Below are positions 1 to 9,317 of a stretch of DNA of 63,150 nt, piece by piece. The stretch comes from an uncultured Candidatus Saccharibacteria bacterium (GTDB lineage: Bacteria > Patescibacteriota > Doudnabacteria > UBA920). The stretch is taken from positions 1 through 63,150 of the forward strand of contig CAZHER010000006.1 of NCBI GenBank assembly GCA_964532005.1. The letters run 5' to 3'. Positions within the stretch are counted from its first letter, which is position 1, and every line of letters starts with the position of its first letter. The notes beneath the pieces are model-generated. The model saw only the letters and a program-made list of their open reading frames with translations. It had not been told where the DNA came from and did no database searches. Made by a program: the position numbers and the translations under genes.

Positions 1-23
1 CCAAAAAGCTGGAAAGTGATCCA

Positions 24-3000
24 GTGGGTGTAGTACAAGATTTTCATGCTGAATTGAAGCACCGTAAAGACAAGGGAATGTCCGAATATCCCTTAATCAA
101 TGACTATGAATTTAGACGAAAATTAGAAGAAAAGCTTGTCGAGATTTTTGAAACAAAACTTGAATCAGACTTAGACGAAGCACTCGATTTTTACAAACAA
201 CTAGGAGGCAAAGAAATATCGTATCAGGTTAAGGAAAGGCTCGGTAAATGGGCTGACCACAATCAGGACCGGGAGGAAGAACTCAAAGAGAAGATTTTGG
301 AATTTCCTGGACTCGCATACGATTTGTTGTATCAAAGAAGTTATTCGGGTAGAAATTTTTATAAACCAGAAGACTTGGTAGTTGTAGCCGAAAGTGCCTT
401 AGATAAAGGAGACGAAGAAGGAATAAATAAATGTATGCAGGCGCTGCGTAAGGAGCATATGTTGATTTTGTCACAGAATGAAGGTATAAGAAAAAAGATA
501 TTTGATTATTTGCTAGAAAACGATTATTTAGATAAAATCTCGGATAATTTTGAGTTTTTCCGCGAAGATTTTGAAGGATTGCCAAAATACAAAAAGGAAA
601 CACTCATAGGTAAAATGTACGAAACAAAAGGCTCTCTGCTATACAATCTTAGGGACGTTATTGCCTTAAATGAAACCCAGAAGCGTGCTATAGCAGATTC
701 TTGGTTTATGCAAGGAACGTACTATAAAATTTTGGACAGAGACAATATAGACTTTTTTGATATTAGCCAAAAAACTGTTGATGCCGCTTTGCGAATATGC
801 TTAGAAAAAGATTTAGGAGGGACTCTTGAACATTATGTTAAGACGTCAGGTGTAAAACTAACCGAAAAACAAAGAACTGAAAGTTTGGCGACACTGAGAG
901 AAAGAAAGAAATACGAACTAATTTTAAAAAGAGATGTTATTGATGCCTTAGATCTAGATCGCAGTACAGTTGAACGGGTTTTTGCGGAATTTATCGAAAT
1001 TGTGAAAAGCAGTTACGGTAGCAACTTCACGGAGGACGACCCCGAAAAAGATCAATATAGACGGAGCTTTGAGCTGGTTGAAACGTCAGCCATTCCTCCC
1101 GAAGCAATGGCGCTTTTGAACCAACTAAAAATTGAAAATTCCGGGTATCACCCGTTGCTGCAAGAGCAGTTAAAAAAACATATCTCAGGGGACAACCCAT
1201 TTTTTGCTTACCAGCGATTAAATATTATTAGCGGGAGCATGCATGAAGGACTTGACTTTAGACATGTTTATCAATCTAAAAAATTTGGGCAATTAGTAAA
1301 ACAGGATCCAGAACAAGCTCGGGCCGTAGCGGGCAAAGTCACCAAACACCAATGGCTTCTTCATCATGAATTCCAGTTTAGCGATTTTTTGGTAAGCGAT
1401 GATATTTTGAATCAGATCGAGGAAGGTATGCAAAATTTTCCTAAGATGCATCTTTCAAGAAGAAATTTAGAATCTTTACTGGAGAAACCACAGAATACTG
1501 TACGTACGGCAGAATTAATAACTAAGTTTCGTGAGTTGTCGTTGAATTCCCATAGAGAGATTGTAGATTATTTATTGGAAAAAGGAGATGGGGCTGAAAG
1601 TTCGATAAAATTTTTAGAAGCATTGCATGCAAAAGTGGACAGAATTCCAGAAAAATTCGTTCCATATATGAAATTAGTTGACAGTAATCCAGAAAGTCTA
1701 GACGCGGTATTGGAAATAGTTGACAAATCCCCAATGCTATTTACAAGTCATGAAGTTTACAAAACAATTATTGGCTATGGAAATTTTAGGGCTGGTTTTA
1801 TGATCGAGCATCCCAATGAAAGCAATTATATAAATGAGCTTCGGGATTTGGTCAATAGAGTGGGTACGCAAATTAAGTTTTCCTTTGACGATCTAGATAC
1901 AGCAGAGTCAGAAATGAACGAGCATCAGAAGGAAGAATATTATGATTATGTAGTAGATCGAATCAAGCTTGGCTATGCCGGAGAAAATATCGACTTTGTA
2001 GATATTACTCGAGTTGCTGGTATGATGGGTCGACTGACAAAAGAGCAACAACAAAAAGCCATACTAAAACTAGAGTCGCTTAGTATGCCCGAGCGTGCCA
2101 GTTACCGAATGATAAGTAGTCCAGTTGAAGAATTAAATGAACAAAACTGGAAACAAGTTTTAGCGGTTTATATTGCTATTGGAGGTGAAGATCGAACATA
2201 CCACAGTCCGGAGGTAACGAATTCAATTAAAGCATTGTTTTCTGAGGAACAGACAGAAAATAAGGAATTTTGTTTACAGAAAATTAGAGAGCAGTGGTTG
2301 ACATATTTGGAAAATCCAGAACAGGGCTTTCCTTATGACGCAGCAGTTATTGGTGATACAGTTGAAGAATACGAAGGGGCAGGACCTCTGAAATATATAG
2401 AATCCTTGTCTGGGGTAATTCATGAAATGAAAGAAATAGCAAAGTCTGGCCAAATACCTGATCGTACTAAAGATGAGATAGTTGCTGGATTAAAAATGCT
2501 GGAAGAAAGATTTAGTAAAGAAAAGTGGAGCGAAGAAGACAGAGCCGCATTCTATAATTTGTCCAAAGATGTTATAAAAGCAGCCCCTAGTCTATTTTCA
2601 AAATTTACTGAACTATTTTCTGAATTTGACCCAAAATCGTTAAAAACTTTTAACAGAGATAATTTTCCTTTATACCAAGCCGAGTTAGTAACTTTACAGA
2701 ACAGGGATACATGGAGTGAAGAAATAAAATACTCCCCTAAAGAACTGGTCGAGTTTCGTAGGATAATTGAGAATTTAATAAAAGATCTCCGATCTGCAGA
2801 GAAAGGTGAACAAAGAGGAATTTTATTTGAACATAAATCAAAGTCATTAGATAGAATTCAAAATAATTTCAAAGAACGTTTTGGGTTAGAAAAAATTCCC
2901 GAGGAGTTTGGACCCGAAAAAATTCGTGGCATCCAAAATATCATCAGATACATGGGCAATATTAATGATCGCGATGCGGATAAAGAAAATAAGTTGACTT

Positions 3001-4484
3001 TCTACTTAGGGCTGATGCTCAACGAAGAGTGGGATGACTTTAGACAAGGTAAGTCGGTAGATATAGAAAGCTATTTTTCCGGAGAAAAACTAGATTTCAT
3101 TCAAGAATTTATGAGAAGCCGGCAAGAGAAGAGCAGTCTTACCCCTGAGAATTTAGGGATTCAACCAGATCAAATGGCAGAGTTCCAAGCAATTTTACAG
3201 GATGAAATCTTGTCCCAAGTAAGGGGAAATGTTGAAACTATTGATTTGAAACTAGGGACTGTAATGAGAAGTATTGAAGATTTGTCCGATGAAGATATCT
3301 ATCAAGACGATCAAGAAAAAGCGGTTTTTAAGTTTACGCAGGAGCATGGGTCTTTAACTGGAAAAGTCTTAGCAAAATTGTATCAGCAAACCTCTGGCAA
3401 AAAGGATGCCTTTTGGACTGAAGAGGAGAGCGAGGTAAAAGACGGTCTACGGAGAATTTTTAAGATAGAATCTTGGAGTACAGAGAACATCAAGTCAGTT
3501 CAAGACAGCGTTAAAACTCCAGGGCTGGTAACAGGAATTATCCGTGATATTGAAAATAGAAATATTCCAGACATGGTTAAGGAATTAGAAGGTAGGCTAC
3601 ATCCACCTGACAGTATTGTAGAAATATTTAATCGTCTAGGAGAAGATTTTGAACAAGAGTCTGGAGCGATTGCTTTGAACCAAGACTTAGAATATTTACA
3701 TAACATTATAGTTAAAAATGAAAAGAAGCTTACACCAGAAGAGAAAGCCGACCTTGTAAGTTATTTGGATAAGATTGAGGAACAGATGGCAGTTTTAGAA
3801 AAGACGCTGGAAGATATTAAGCAATCATTTTTGAAAGTGAGCAAGTCTGCTCATACTCAAAATAATGAAATTTTACAGGATCGTCTTAAAGAAATTGAGC
3901 GGATAATTAATTCTGACAATACCTCAACTGTTATTAATACCAGAATGACTAAAGACATGAACCTGGTAATTGAAAATATGAGACAATGTCTGGGTTGTTT
4001 AAAGAAAGAAGTTAATAATGATACAACTTTGACTTTCGGCGATTCAAATAAGTTTTATCTGATGAGTCAGGGAAGCAGGGAAACAGGGAGCGTTGCTGAC
4101 CAAATAGTGTTCTTAGATCAAGTGGAACACGAAAATGGAGAGAAAGAAATGTCTTTTATCGTTGACCGCTTGTACGGAATTCGCTCAGCAGATGTTTTAA
4201 GCAGCAATGTAGTGGCAATTCACAAAAAGTATAAGTTGTTAAAACAGAGATTTCCAAATGCCAAGATAAGCATCGTCGTCACAGATGCAGCTCTAACAGG
4301 AATAGATAAGCAGTCCGTGATTAGTACATTAGAAAAAAACAGCGGTGGCGCAGTTAACGCAGTCCACGAGCCAAAAATAAATGTAAATATTTCCGCATCC
4401 GCAGCAGCTGACCACTATATAGAATTTGGCGGGGGAGCAAGGATTACTGGTTCTAGAGAAGTCGCCGGACTGGTGATACGTTAA
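24..4484 (+). CDS. Very large hypothetical protein (>=1486 aa), probably 5'-truncated by the window edge
   Basis: Long ORF. The frame is also open from position 3 to 23 (KKLESDP), so the true start may lie upstream of the window. Acidic/helical composition, with a C-terminal region carrying RQCLGC, DRLYG and DHYIEFGG. No family recognised. Confidence 0.85.
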   Translation: MGVVQDFHAELKHRKDKGMSEYPLINDYEFRRKLEEKLVEIFETKLESDLDEALDFYKQLGGKEISYQVKERLGKWADHNQDREEELKEKILEFPGLAYDLLYQRSYSGRNFYKPEDLVVVAESALDKGDEEGINKCMQALRKEHMLILSQNEGIRKKIFDYLLENDYLDKISDNFEFFREDFEGLPKYKKETLIGKMYETKGSLLYNLRDVIALNETQKRAIADSWFMQGTYYKILDRDNIDFFDISQKTVDAALRICLEKDLGGTLEHYVKTSGVKLTEKQRTESLATLRERKKYELILKRDVIDALDLDRSTVERVFAEFIEIVKSSYGSNFTEDDPEKDQYRRSFELVETSAIPPEAMALLNQLKIENSGYHPLLQEQLKKHISGDNPFFAYQRLNIISGSMHEGLDFRHVYQSKKFGQLVKQDPEQARAVAGKVTKHQWLLHHEFQFSDFLVSDDILNQIEEGMQNFPKMHLSRRNLESLLEKPQNTVRTAELITKFRELSLNSHREIVDYLLEKGDGAESSIKFLEALHAKVDRIPEKFVPYMKLVDSNPESLDAVLEIVDKSPMLFTSHEVYKTIIGYGNFRAGFMIEHPNESNYINELRDLVNRVGTQIKFSFDDLDTAESEMNEHQKEEYYDYVVDRIKLGYAGENIDFVDITRVAGMMGRLTKEQQQKAILKLESLSMPERASYRMISSPVEELNEQNWKQVLAVYIAIGGEDRTYHSPEVTNSIKALFSEEQTENKEFCLQKIREQWLTYLENPEQGFPYDAAVIGDTVEEYEGAGPLKYIESLSGVIHEMKEIAKSGQIPDRTKDEIVAGLKMLEERFSKEKWSEEDRAAFYNLSKDVIKAAPSLFSKFTELFSEFDPKSLKTFNRDNFPLYQAELVTLQNRDTWSEEIKYSPKELVEFRRIIENLIKDLRSAEKGEQRGILFEHKSKSLDRIQNNFKERFGLEKIPEEFGPEKIRGIQNIIRYMGNINDRDADKENKLTFYLGLMLNEEWDDFRQGKSVDIESYFSGEKLDFIQEFMRSRQEKSSLTPENLGIQPDQMAEFQAILQDEILSQVRGNVETIDLKLGTVMRSIEDLSDEDIYQDDQEKAVFKFTQEHGSLTGKVLAKLYQQTSGKKDAFWTEEESEVKDGLRRIFKIESWSTENIKSVQDSVKTPGLVTGIIRDIENRNIPDMVKELEGRLHPPDSIVEIFNRLGEDFEQESGAIALNQDLEYLHNIIVKNEKKLTPEEKADLVSYLDKIEEQMAVLEKTLEDIKQSFLKVSKSAHTQNNEILQDRLKEIERIINSDNTSTVINTRMTKDMNLVIENMRQCLGCLKKEVNNDTTLTFGDSNKFYLMSQGSRETGSVADQIVFLDQVEHENGEKEMSFIVDRLYGIRSADVLSSNVVAIHKKYKLLKQRFPNAKISIVVTDAALTGIDKQSVISTLEKNSGGAVNAVHEPKINVNISASAAADHYIEFGGGARITGSREVAGLVIR

Positions 4485-4515
4485 ATTTATAAAACAGGCT
4501 TATTTATAACCTTTT

Positions 4516-5085
4516 TTATTTAATTTCCGTGAATGTAAATTTTTCTAAAGACCAAATATCGATTCCATAATATTCTTTTAAAACACTAGCTGCATTTTTC
4601 AGATTTCGGTTTTTCCAGCTAAGCCCTATCATAGAAGCTCCTTTTTGAATTGCTTCTTCTGTTTCAGCCTCAATTTCTAAATACGGCGGCACATTTGGCC
4701 AGGTATCAATATCGAAACTTATATTGTCCAAGTAAAATTTGTGACGCCTTTTTTCTTGACGCCTGGTCGCTGTCCAGCCCATGGCCTCTACGAAAGCTTC
4801 TGCTTCTTGTGCGTCACTGACCTGAAATTCTATTTCTTCAACACCTATAGAAGGTACCGCAGGAAACTTTTTATGGGTTAGGAAAGTTTTTCCGTCAAAA
4901 GTTCTAATCCTTACATACTGCCCATTTTTTCTTCCATTTGGTTGACTTGAGTCCTTAAAATAAAAAATCATCTCTGAGAGGAGATGTTGGCCTTTGTCTT
5001 CAGCGCCAAGCTCTATCAACCGGGTTTTGATGATTTCGGCATTAATACCCAAAAACTTTACCTCCCGCTCAATTCCCGAAGGCAT
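4516..5085 (-). CDS. CYTH-domain protein (class IV adenylate cyclase/CyaB-like)
   Basis: N-terminal ExExK motif (IEREVKF), YVRIR, EEIEF, EKRR and YLEIE motifs typical of the CYTH tunnel fold. Confidence 0.85.
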   Translation of the reverse strand: MPSGIEREVKFLGINAEIIKTRLIELGAEDKGQHLLSEMIFYFKDSSQPNGRKNGQYVRIRTFDGKTFLTHKKFPAVPSIGVEEIEFQVSDAQEAEAFVEAMGWTATRRQEKRRHKFYLDNISFDIDTWPNVPPYLEIEAETEEAIQKGASMIGLSWKNRNLKNAASVLKEYYGIDIWSLEKFTFTEIK

Positions 5086-5087
5086 AA

Positions 5088-7181
5088 TTAAAAGCTAATA
5101 CTAAATTTTACTAAATCATTTCCATTCAAAACGTATGCTGTTTTACCTTTTTCATCAATAATGAAATCTTTTAGGTTATTAAATTGGTCGCTAACATATG
5201 TCACAGCAACAGTTCCAGCATCTTCGCCATTTTTTCTTAACACAACAATTTGGTTATTGGCACGGTCAAGTACGTACAGGTAAGTAAAGTCGTTCTGAGT
5301 GTATAACTTTACATTCGGCGAAAGAGGCGACGCCATTACTAAGTTGAAGTCCAATTGCTTTCCGGACTGAAATTTTAGGATATTGCCATCGGAAAGAGCA
5401 ATAAAAATATTTCCATCTATCGCTAAGTCAACAGCCCGTTCCAAAGCATCGTTTTCCACTGATACTACCGGGTTTGTAATTCCTTGAGGGGCAACAGCAA
5501 AGCTGGTAATTTTGCGAGCGGACTTGTCCACCACGTAAACTTTGCTGTTTATTGGATACACTTTCATCCCACCGAAGTTGTCTCGGCTAGGGACGCTGGT
5601 TGAAAAGGGCGAGCTTAAGATCCCGGTTGTCGGGTCCCAAGCAAATAATTCCTTACCGTTATACACCGCTGCCAAACTGTCGCGGATTGCTGAAGCCGCA
5701 ACAATAGACTCGCTGGACTTGTAGAAATTATCTTGAACTTTTCCATTGGATTTTGTGTAAGAAACAATATTGCGGTTGTTTTCGGTGGCCAGGGCTGACG
5801 GAAGAGCTATTAAGTTTTCCGATTCAGTTAAAGCCGCCACCGATACTGGCTGTACAGTCGTTCGGTTGTTTAGGCGGTCCTGGAGTTCAGCAAGCTGCTT
5901 GCGCAGTTCCGCTAGATCGGATTCATGCTCGGTATCATTTTTGAATTGATTTAGCTTATCAGTTAATTGTCCAGTAAGTTCGCGCGCCTTTTCCACGTCC
6001 TTGTATAAGAAAGAGGCATTAGCATCATCCGCTAGCTTTTTCATTTCTGTCAGCTGGGTCTGGAAATTTTGAACGTTTTGTGTCTGGTTTTTTTGTTGCC
6101 TAGTCAAAGCAATATTTACCACCAAAGCAATAAGGAATATTACTGCGCATGCAAGGAAAAACTTTTTCTGCCAGGAAAATCTTCTAAATGTTTCCGGTCG
6201 GAGATGGTTCCCTGCTTTGGCAAACCTTTCAGTCATCAGGCCGAGGCTCGGCTTGGTTTTGCTTACCAAGGATTTGACCCCAGACATACTGGGAGTTTTC
6301 ATGTTTTTGCCATAGGCGCGGATTGCATCCAAGCTTCGGACAGAATAATGCTTCATCCTGTTCCCCAAATGCCTCATTTTGTCTAGGGCAGTTTTGTTTT
6401 CAGTTGCAATATAGCGCTCTTCCATTTCTCCAACCGTAATTTGTGCCCGTTCATCTTGATCGCGGACAATTGGGTGAGTGATGTATTGACCAAGATCAAC
6501 CTCGCCTTCGGCTTCTTCTCCAGGCTCAATTTGCAAAGCAAAAACAGAACCAAATGCAACTTCCGGTCCGGCGTTGTCCCTCAGTATTTCAATAATCTCG
6601 GTTGCGGCTTCGCCCAACAAGGCGTCACCCAAAATATTTTGCAAACGGTCTATTGAGATATGGTTAAACAACTGATTCGTTGAAAAAATCAACAAATCAT
6701 CCAGTCTCAATGTGCCAACTGACAAACTTTCAAAAGTTTTCAATGGGTGCTTTGGCGCTTCGCTCTCAACAATGGAAGCAAATTTCCCGTCCCGCAGAAG
6801 CAGGGCAGTCATTTTGCCCGTTGATGATAAATACAAGGTGGAGCCGGTTTTAACTGCAACAATGGCATTTAGTTTTCCGATCCAGTGAGTTTTGCCCAAA
6901 CCTGCCAACTTACCGAGCTCGTCGTTTATATGCGCTAAAGTGTTTTCGAAAGTATATTCGTTAACCAATGATCGGTAGCCACGGCGCATAGCAGCGGCAA
7001 TGGCCTCGCATATTCTTTGGCAGTCAGTGCTTGCAGCAGGATTGAGCATTGGCAATTCGCATACAGCATATAGTTCACTTTCCGTAGCGTCAACTTTCTC
7101 AGCCATGACAAAAACATAGGTATTGGCCTGTCTCGGGTTGGCTATGTTTATTTTTGCGACTTGTGTTTCTAGTTCAGTCAT
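5088..7181 (-). CDS. Membrane-anchored protein: degenerate PP2C-like N-terminal domain, one TM helix, coiled coil, C-terminal NHL-like beta-propeller
   Basis: PP2C-like patterns (LYLSSTGKMTALLLRDG, DDLLIFSTNQL), TM FFLACAVIFLIALVVNIAL, propeller repeats (VYVVDK, DLAIDGNIFI, YLYVLD). ATG at 7181 is preferred over the track start at 7214. Confidence 0.7.
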   Translation of the reverse strand: MTELETQVAKINIANPRQANTYVFVMAEKVDATESELYAVCELPMLNPAASTDCQRICEAIAAAMRRGYRSLVNEYTFENTLAHINDELGKLAGLGKTHWIGKLNAIVAVKTGSTLYLSSTGKMTALLLRDGKFASIVESEAPKHPLKTFESLSVGTLRLDDLLIFSTNQLFNHISIDRLQNILGDALLGEAATEIIEILRDNAGPEVAFGSVFALQIEPGEEAEGEVDLGQYITHPIVRDQDERAQITVGEMEERYIATENKTALDKMRHLGNRMKHYSVRSLDAIRAYGKNMKTPSMSGVKSLVSKTKPSLGLMTERFAKAGNHLRPETFRRFSWQKKFFLACAVIFLIALVVNIALTRQQKNQTQNVQNFQTQLTEMKKLADDANASFLYKDVEKARELTGQLTDKLNQFKNDTEHESDLAELRKQLAELQDRLNNRTTVQPVSVAALTESENLIALPSALATENNRNIVSYTKSNGKVQDNFYKSSESIVAASAIRDSLAAVYNGKELFAWDPTTGILSSPFSTSVPSRDNFGGMKVYPINSKVYVVDKSARKITSFAVAPQGITNPVVSVENDALERAVDLAIDGNIFIALSDGNILKFQSGKQLDFNLVMASPLSPNVKLYTQNDFTYLYVLDRANNQIVVLRKNGEDAGTVAVTYVSDQFNNLKDFIIDEKGKTAYVLNGNDLVKFSISF

Positions 7182-7267
7182 ATCAGCTTTATTAATTATA
7201 CTATAAAAAGACAAGAACTGCCCAATTCCAGTAAAAATAGAGATTTATTATGCTATAATGGCTGTAT

Positions 7268-7855
7268 ATGGGTACAACACTAGCCTCTTTAGAAGTAATT
7301 TTATCTTCAACTCAAAAAACTGCACTTCTGGCATTTTTGATGGTTGCACCAGACAGGTATTACTCTGTATTGGAGCTGTCCCGCCGAATTGGTTTGTCAG
7401 GCCCAACAGTCTCTGCTTTGTTGACACAGTTTTTGCGTGACGGGCTAGTAAAAACCGCCAGTAGATCTAGAGCCAAGGTTTATGCATTTAACTCGAAGCA
7501 CCATTTGGCAGGTGATATGAAAATCTGGTTGAAAAAGCACGGCCACAAATATGAAGATGAGCTTTATACAGCAGTGTCCAAAGTAGGGGAAGTTAAAGCA
7601 GTTTTTCTTTCCGGTATTTTTTCCGGACAACCACAGCTCCCAGTAGATATACTTATAGTTGGAAAGGTCAATTTGCCAAAACTAGATACCTTCCTTCAAC
7701 AGTGCGGAAAAATGATGGGAACGGAAATCAATTACAGCATTATGTCTGCTGATGAATTTAAAATCCGGCGCGATACCTTTGACCGGTTCATAAAAGATAT
7801 TTTCGATTATCCACACATAACCGTCATGGATAAAATTTCCAAAAAGACGGAATAA
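7268..7855 (+). CDS. Winged-HTH plus nucleotidyltransferase-like domain protein (CPR-type putative regulator)
   Basis: N-terminal HTH (YYSVLELSRRIGLSGPTVSALLTQFLRDGLV) and C-terminal MNT-like segment (AVFLSGIF..PVDILIVG..EINYSIMS). Confidence 0.7.
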   Translation: MGTTLASLEVILSSTQKTALLAFLMVAPDRYYSVLELSRRIGLSGPTVSALLTQFLRDGLVKTASRSRAKVYAFNSKHHLAGDMKIWLKKHGHKYEDELYTAVSKVGEVKAVFLSGIFSGQPQLPVDILIVGKVNLPKLDTFLQQCGKMMGTEINYSIMSADEFKIRRDTFDRFIKDIFDYPHITVMDKISKKTE

Positions 7856-7866
7856 GGAAAACCAAC

Positions 7867-8115
7867 ATGGACTTTTTTAGCTTGGCAACATTTCAAAATC
7901 TTTACATGGAGTTTTTGATAAACTTTCCTCCTCCAGTACGCCCCATAATTTCACTTTTGGTTGCCGCAGCCATTGTTTATGCAGTGATACAGATAATTAG
8001 AAAAGATTTCATTTATTTAATTTTGCTTATAGTCCTACTCCCGGCGTCCATTCCGGTTTTAAAAAATATTTTTGATACTTTGGTTCAAATAATAAGATAT
8101 CTGATCCCTGGATAA
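7867..8115 (+). CDS. Small membrane protein (2-3 TM), hypothetical
   Basis: 82-aa hydrophobic ORF 11 nt after the previous stop, followed by a terminator. Confidence 0.7.
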   Translation: MDFFSLATFQNLYMEFLINFPPPVRPIISLLVAAAIVYAVIQIIRKDFIYLILLIVLLPASIPVLKNIFDTLVQIIRYLIPG

Positions 8116-8123
8116 TACAAAAC

Positions 8124-8149
8124 AAAAACCTGCCGAGAGGCAGGTTTTT
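8124..8149 (+). terminator. Intrinsic terminator
   Basis: AAAAACCTGCC-GAGA-GGCAGGTTTTT. Confidence 0.8.
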
Positions 8150-8167
8150 GTTTGTGGATAACTAGGA

Positions 8168-8197
8168 TTGACGCAGAGGTACACGATCGTGTACTAT
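8168..8197 (+). promoter_or_regulatory. lexA promoter with overlapping 16-bp palindrome (candidate LexA operator)
   Basis: TTGACG (8168-8173), 18-nt spacer, TACTAT (8192-8197). Perfect palindrome GTACACGATCGTGTAC at 8179-8194. Confidence 0.65.
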
Positions 8198-8217
8198 AAG
8201 TTTATTAACAAGAACTT

Positions 8218-8844
8218 ATGGAATTTTTTTCTGAAAACTTAACTGAAAGACAACAACAATTGCTCAAATATATAGTAAAGCAAATAAGAGAACACAGTCT
8301 CCCACCTTCGCTTTCTGAAATGGCTCAATTCCTTGGAGTAAAGTCAAAAAGAGCAGCTGCTAAGCATTTGGAAGCTCTGGAAGACGCTGGTTATGTAAAA
8401 ACCTCGGGAAAAGCAAGAGGAATTACTGTCTTAAACAGCTTGGCAGAAAGCTTGGACAAAGGACTTATCCGTGTTCCGCTCTTGGGAAGTATTCAAGCAG
8501 GGTCACCTCATTTAGCAGAAGAGCACATTGAGGACTGGATAAATCTTCCACAAACATTAGTGCGAGGTCGTAGAGATGTATTTGTTCTAAAGGTTAGGGG
8601 AGACAGTATGGTAAATGCCGGAATTTTTGAAGGGGATCTAGTCATAGTCAGACCAACCAAAGAAGCCAAAAATAACGACATAGTAGTCGCTCTTCTACAC
8701 GACGAAGCCACCGTTAAGCGGTTTATTCAAGTCAAAAATAGGGCATATCTTAAAGCAGAAAATCCCGATTATGCCAACATTTATCCTAAAGAAGAGTGGA
8801 TGATCCAAGGGAAAGTGGTGGGGGTAATAAGAAGTTTAGAATAA
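8218..8844 (+). CDS. lexA: SOS repressor LexA
   Basis: LTERQ..PPSLSEMA wHTH, VPLLGSIQAG Ala-Gly cleavage site, VRGDSM (Ser) and ATVKR (Lys) catalytic motifs. Confidence 0.96.
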   Translation: MEFFSENLTERQQQLLKYIVKQIREHSLPPSLSEMAQFLGVKSKRAAAKHLEALEDAGYVKTSGKARGITVLNSLAESLDKGLIRVPLLGSIQAGSPHLAEEHIEDWINLPQTLVRGRRDVFVLKVRGDSMVNAGIFEGDLVIVRPTKEAKNNDIVVALLHDEATVKRFIQVKNRAYLKAENPDYANIYPKEEWMIQGKVVGVIRSLE

Positions 8845-8869
8845 TAAATCAACAATTTACACAAAAAAC

Positions 8870-9049
8870 ATGTCAGAATTAGAAAAGTCGAAAAAGCAAA
8901 TAGTGACCCAGCTTCGCAACCTATGCGCTCACTGTGCTGCAGGCAGGGAGCATAACTGCCGGGTCCAACAAATTGCCAGTGAAATTAAAGCTATTTCCGG
9001 TATTCCACTATTGGTAAACAACGAGTTTAGGGGAGTGGTATGGCAATAA
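8870..9049 (+). CDS. 59-aa microprotein with CxxC-x5-HxC motif (missed by the ORF track)
   Basis: ATG 8870 to TAA 9049: MSELEKSKKQIVTQLRNLCAHCAAGREHNCRVQQIASEIKAISGIPLLVNNEFRGVVWQ. It fills the gap between lexA and the next terminator. Confidence 0.7.
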   Translation: MSELEKSKKQIVTQLRNLCAHCAAGREHNCRVQQIASEIKAISGIPLLVNNEFRGVVWQ

Positions 9050-9052
9050 GTT

Positions 9053-9077
9053 AAAAATCGCCTAAAAGGCGATTTTT
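9053..9077 (+). terminator. Intrinsic terminator after lexA and the microprotein
   Basis: AAAAATCGCC-TAAAA-GGCGATTTTT. Confidence 0.8.
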
Positions 9078-9197
9078 GTTATAAACAAGCCTTTATTTGC
9101 AAAAAAAGGTCATTTTTGGTATGATTACAAATCACGCCAATTTAATAAGGGTTTTTATATTTTTTGTCTTAAATAAGACAATATATGAAAAGTACCC

Positions 9198-9226
9198 TTG
9201 ACAAAATCTAAAAAATGATGTATATT
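9198..9226 (+). promoter_or_regulatory. Sigma70-type promoter for the large surface protein
   Basis: TTGACA-17 nt-TATATT. Confidence 0.65.
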
Positions 9227-9317
9227 AATATGATTTTATTCTGATAGTCGGTCAGAAGGAAATCATTTTGTGATAATAAACTATAGATTAATTAAGTAAA
9301 ACCTTAACCATAAAACA

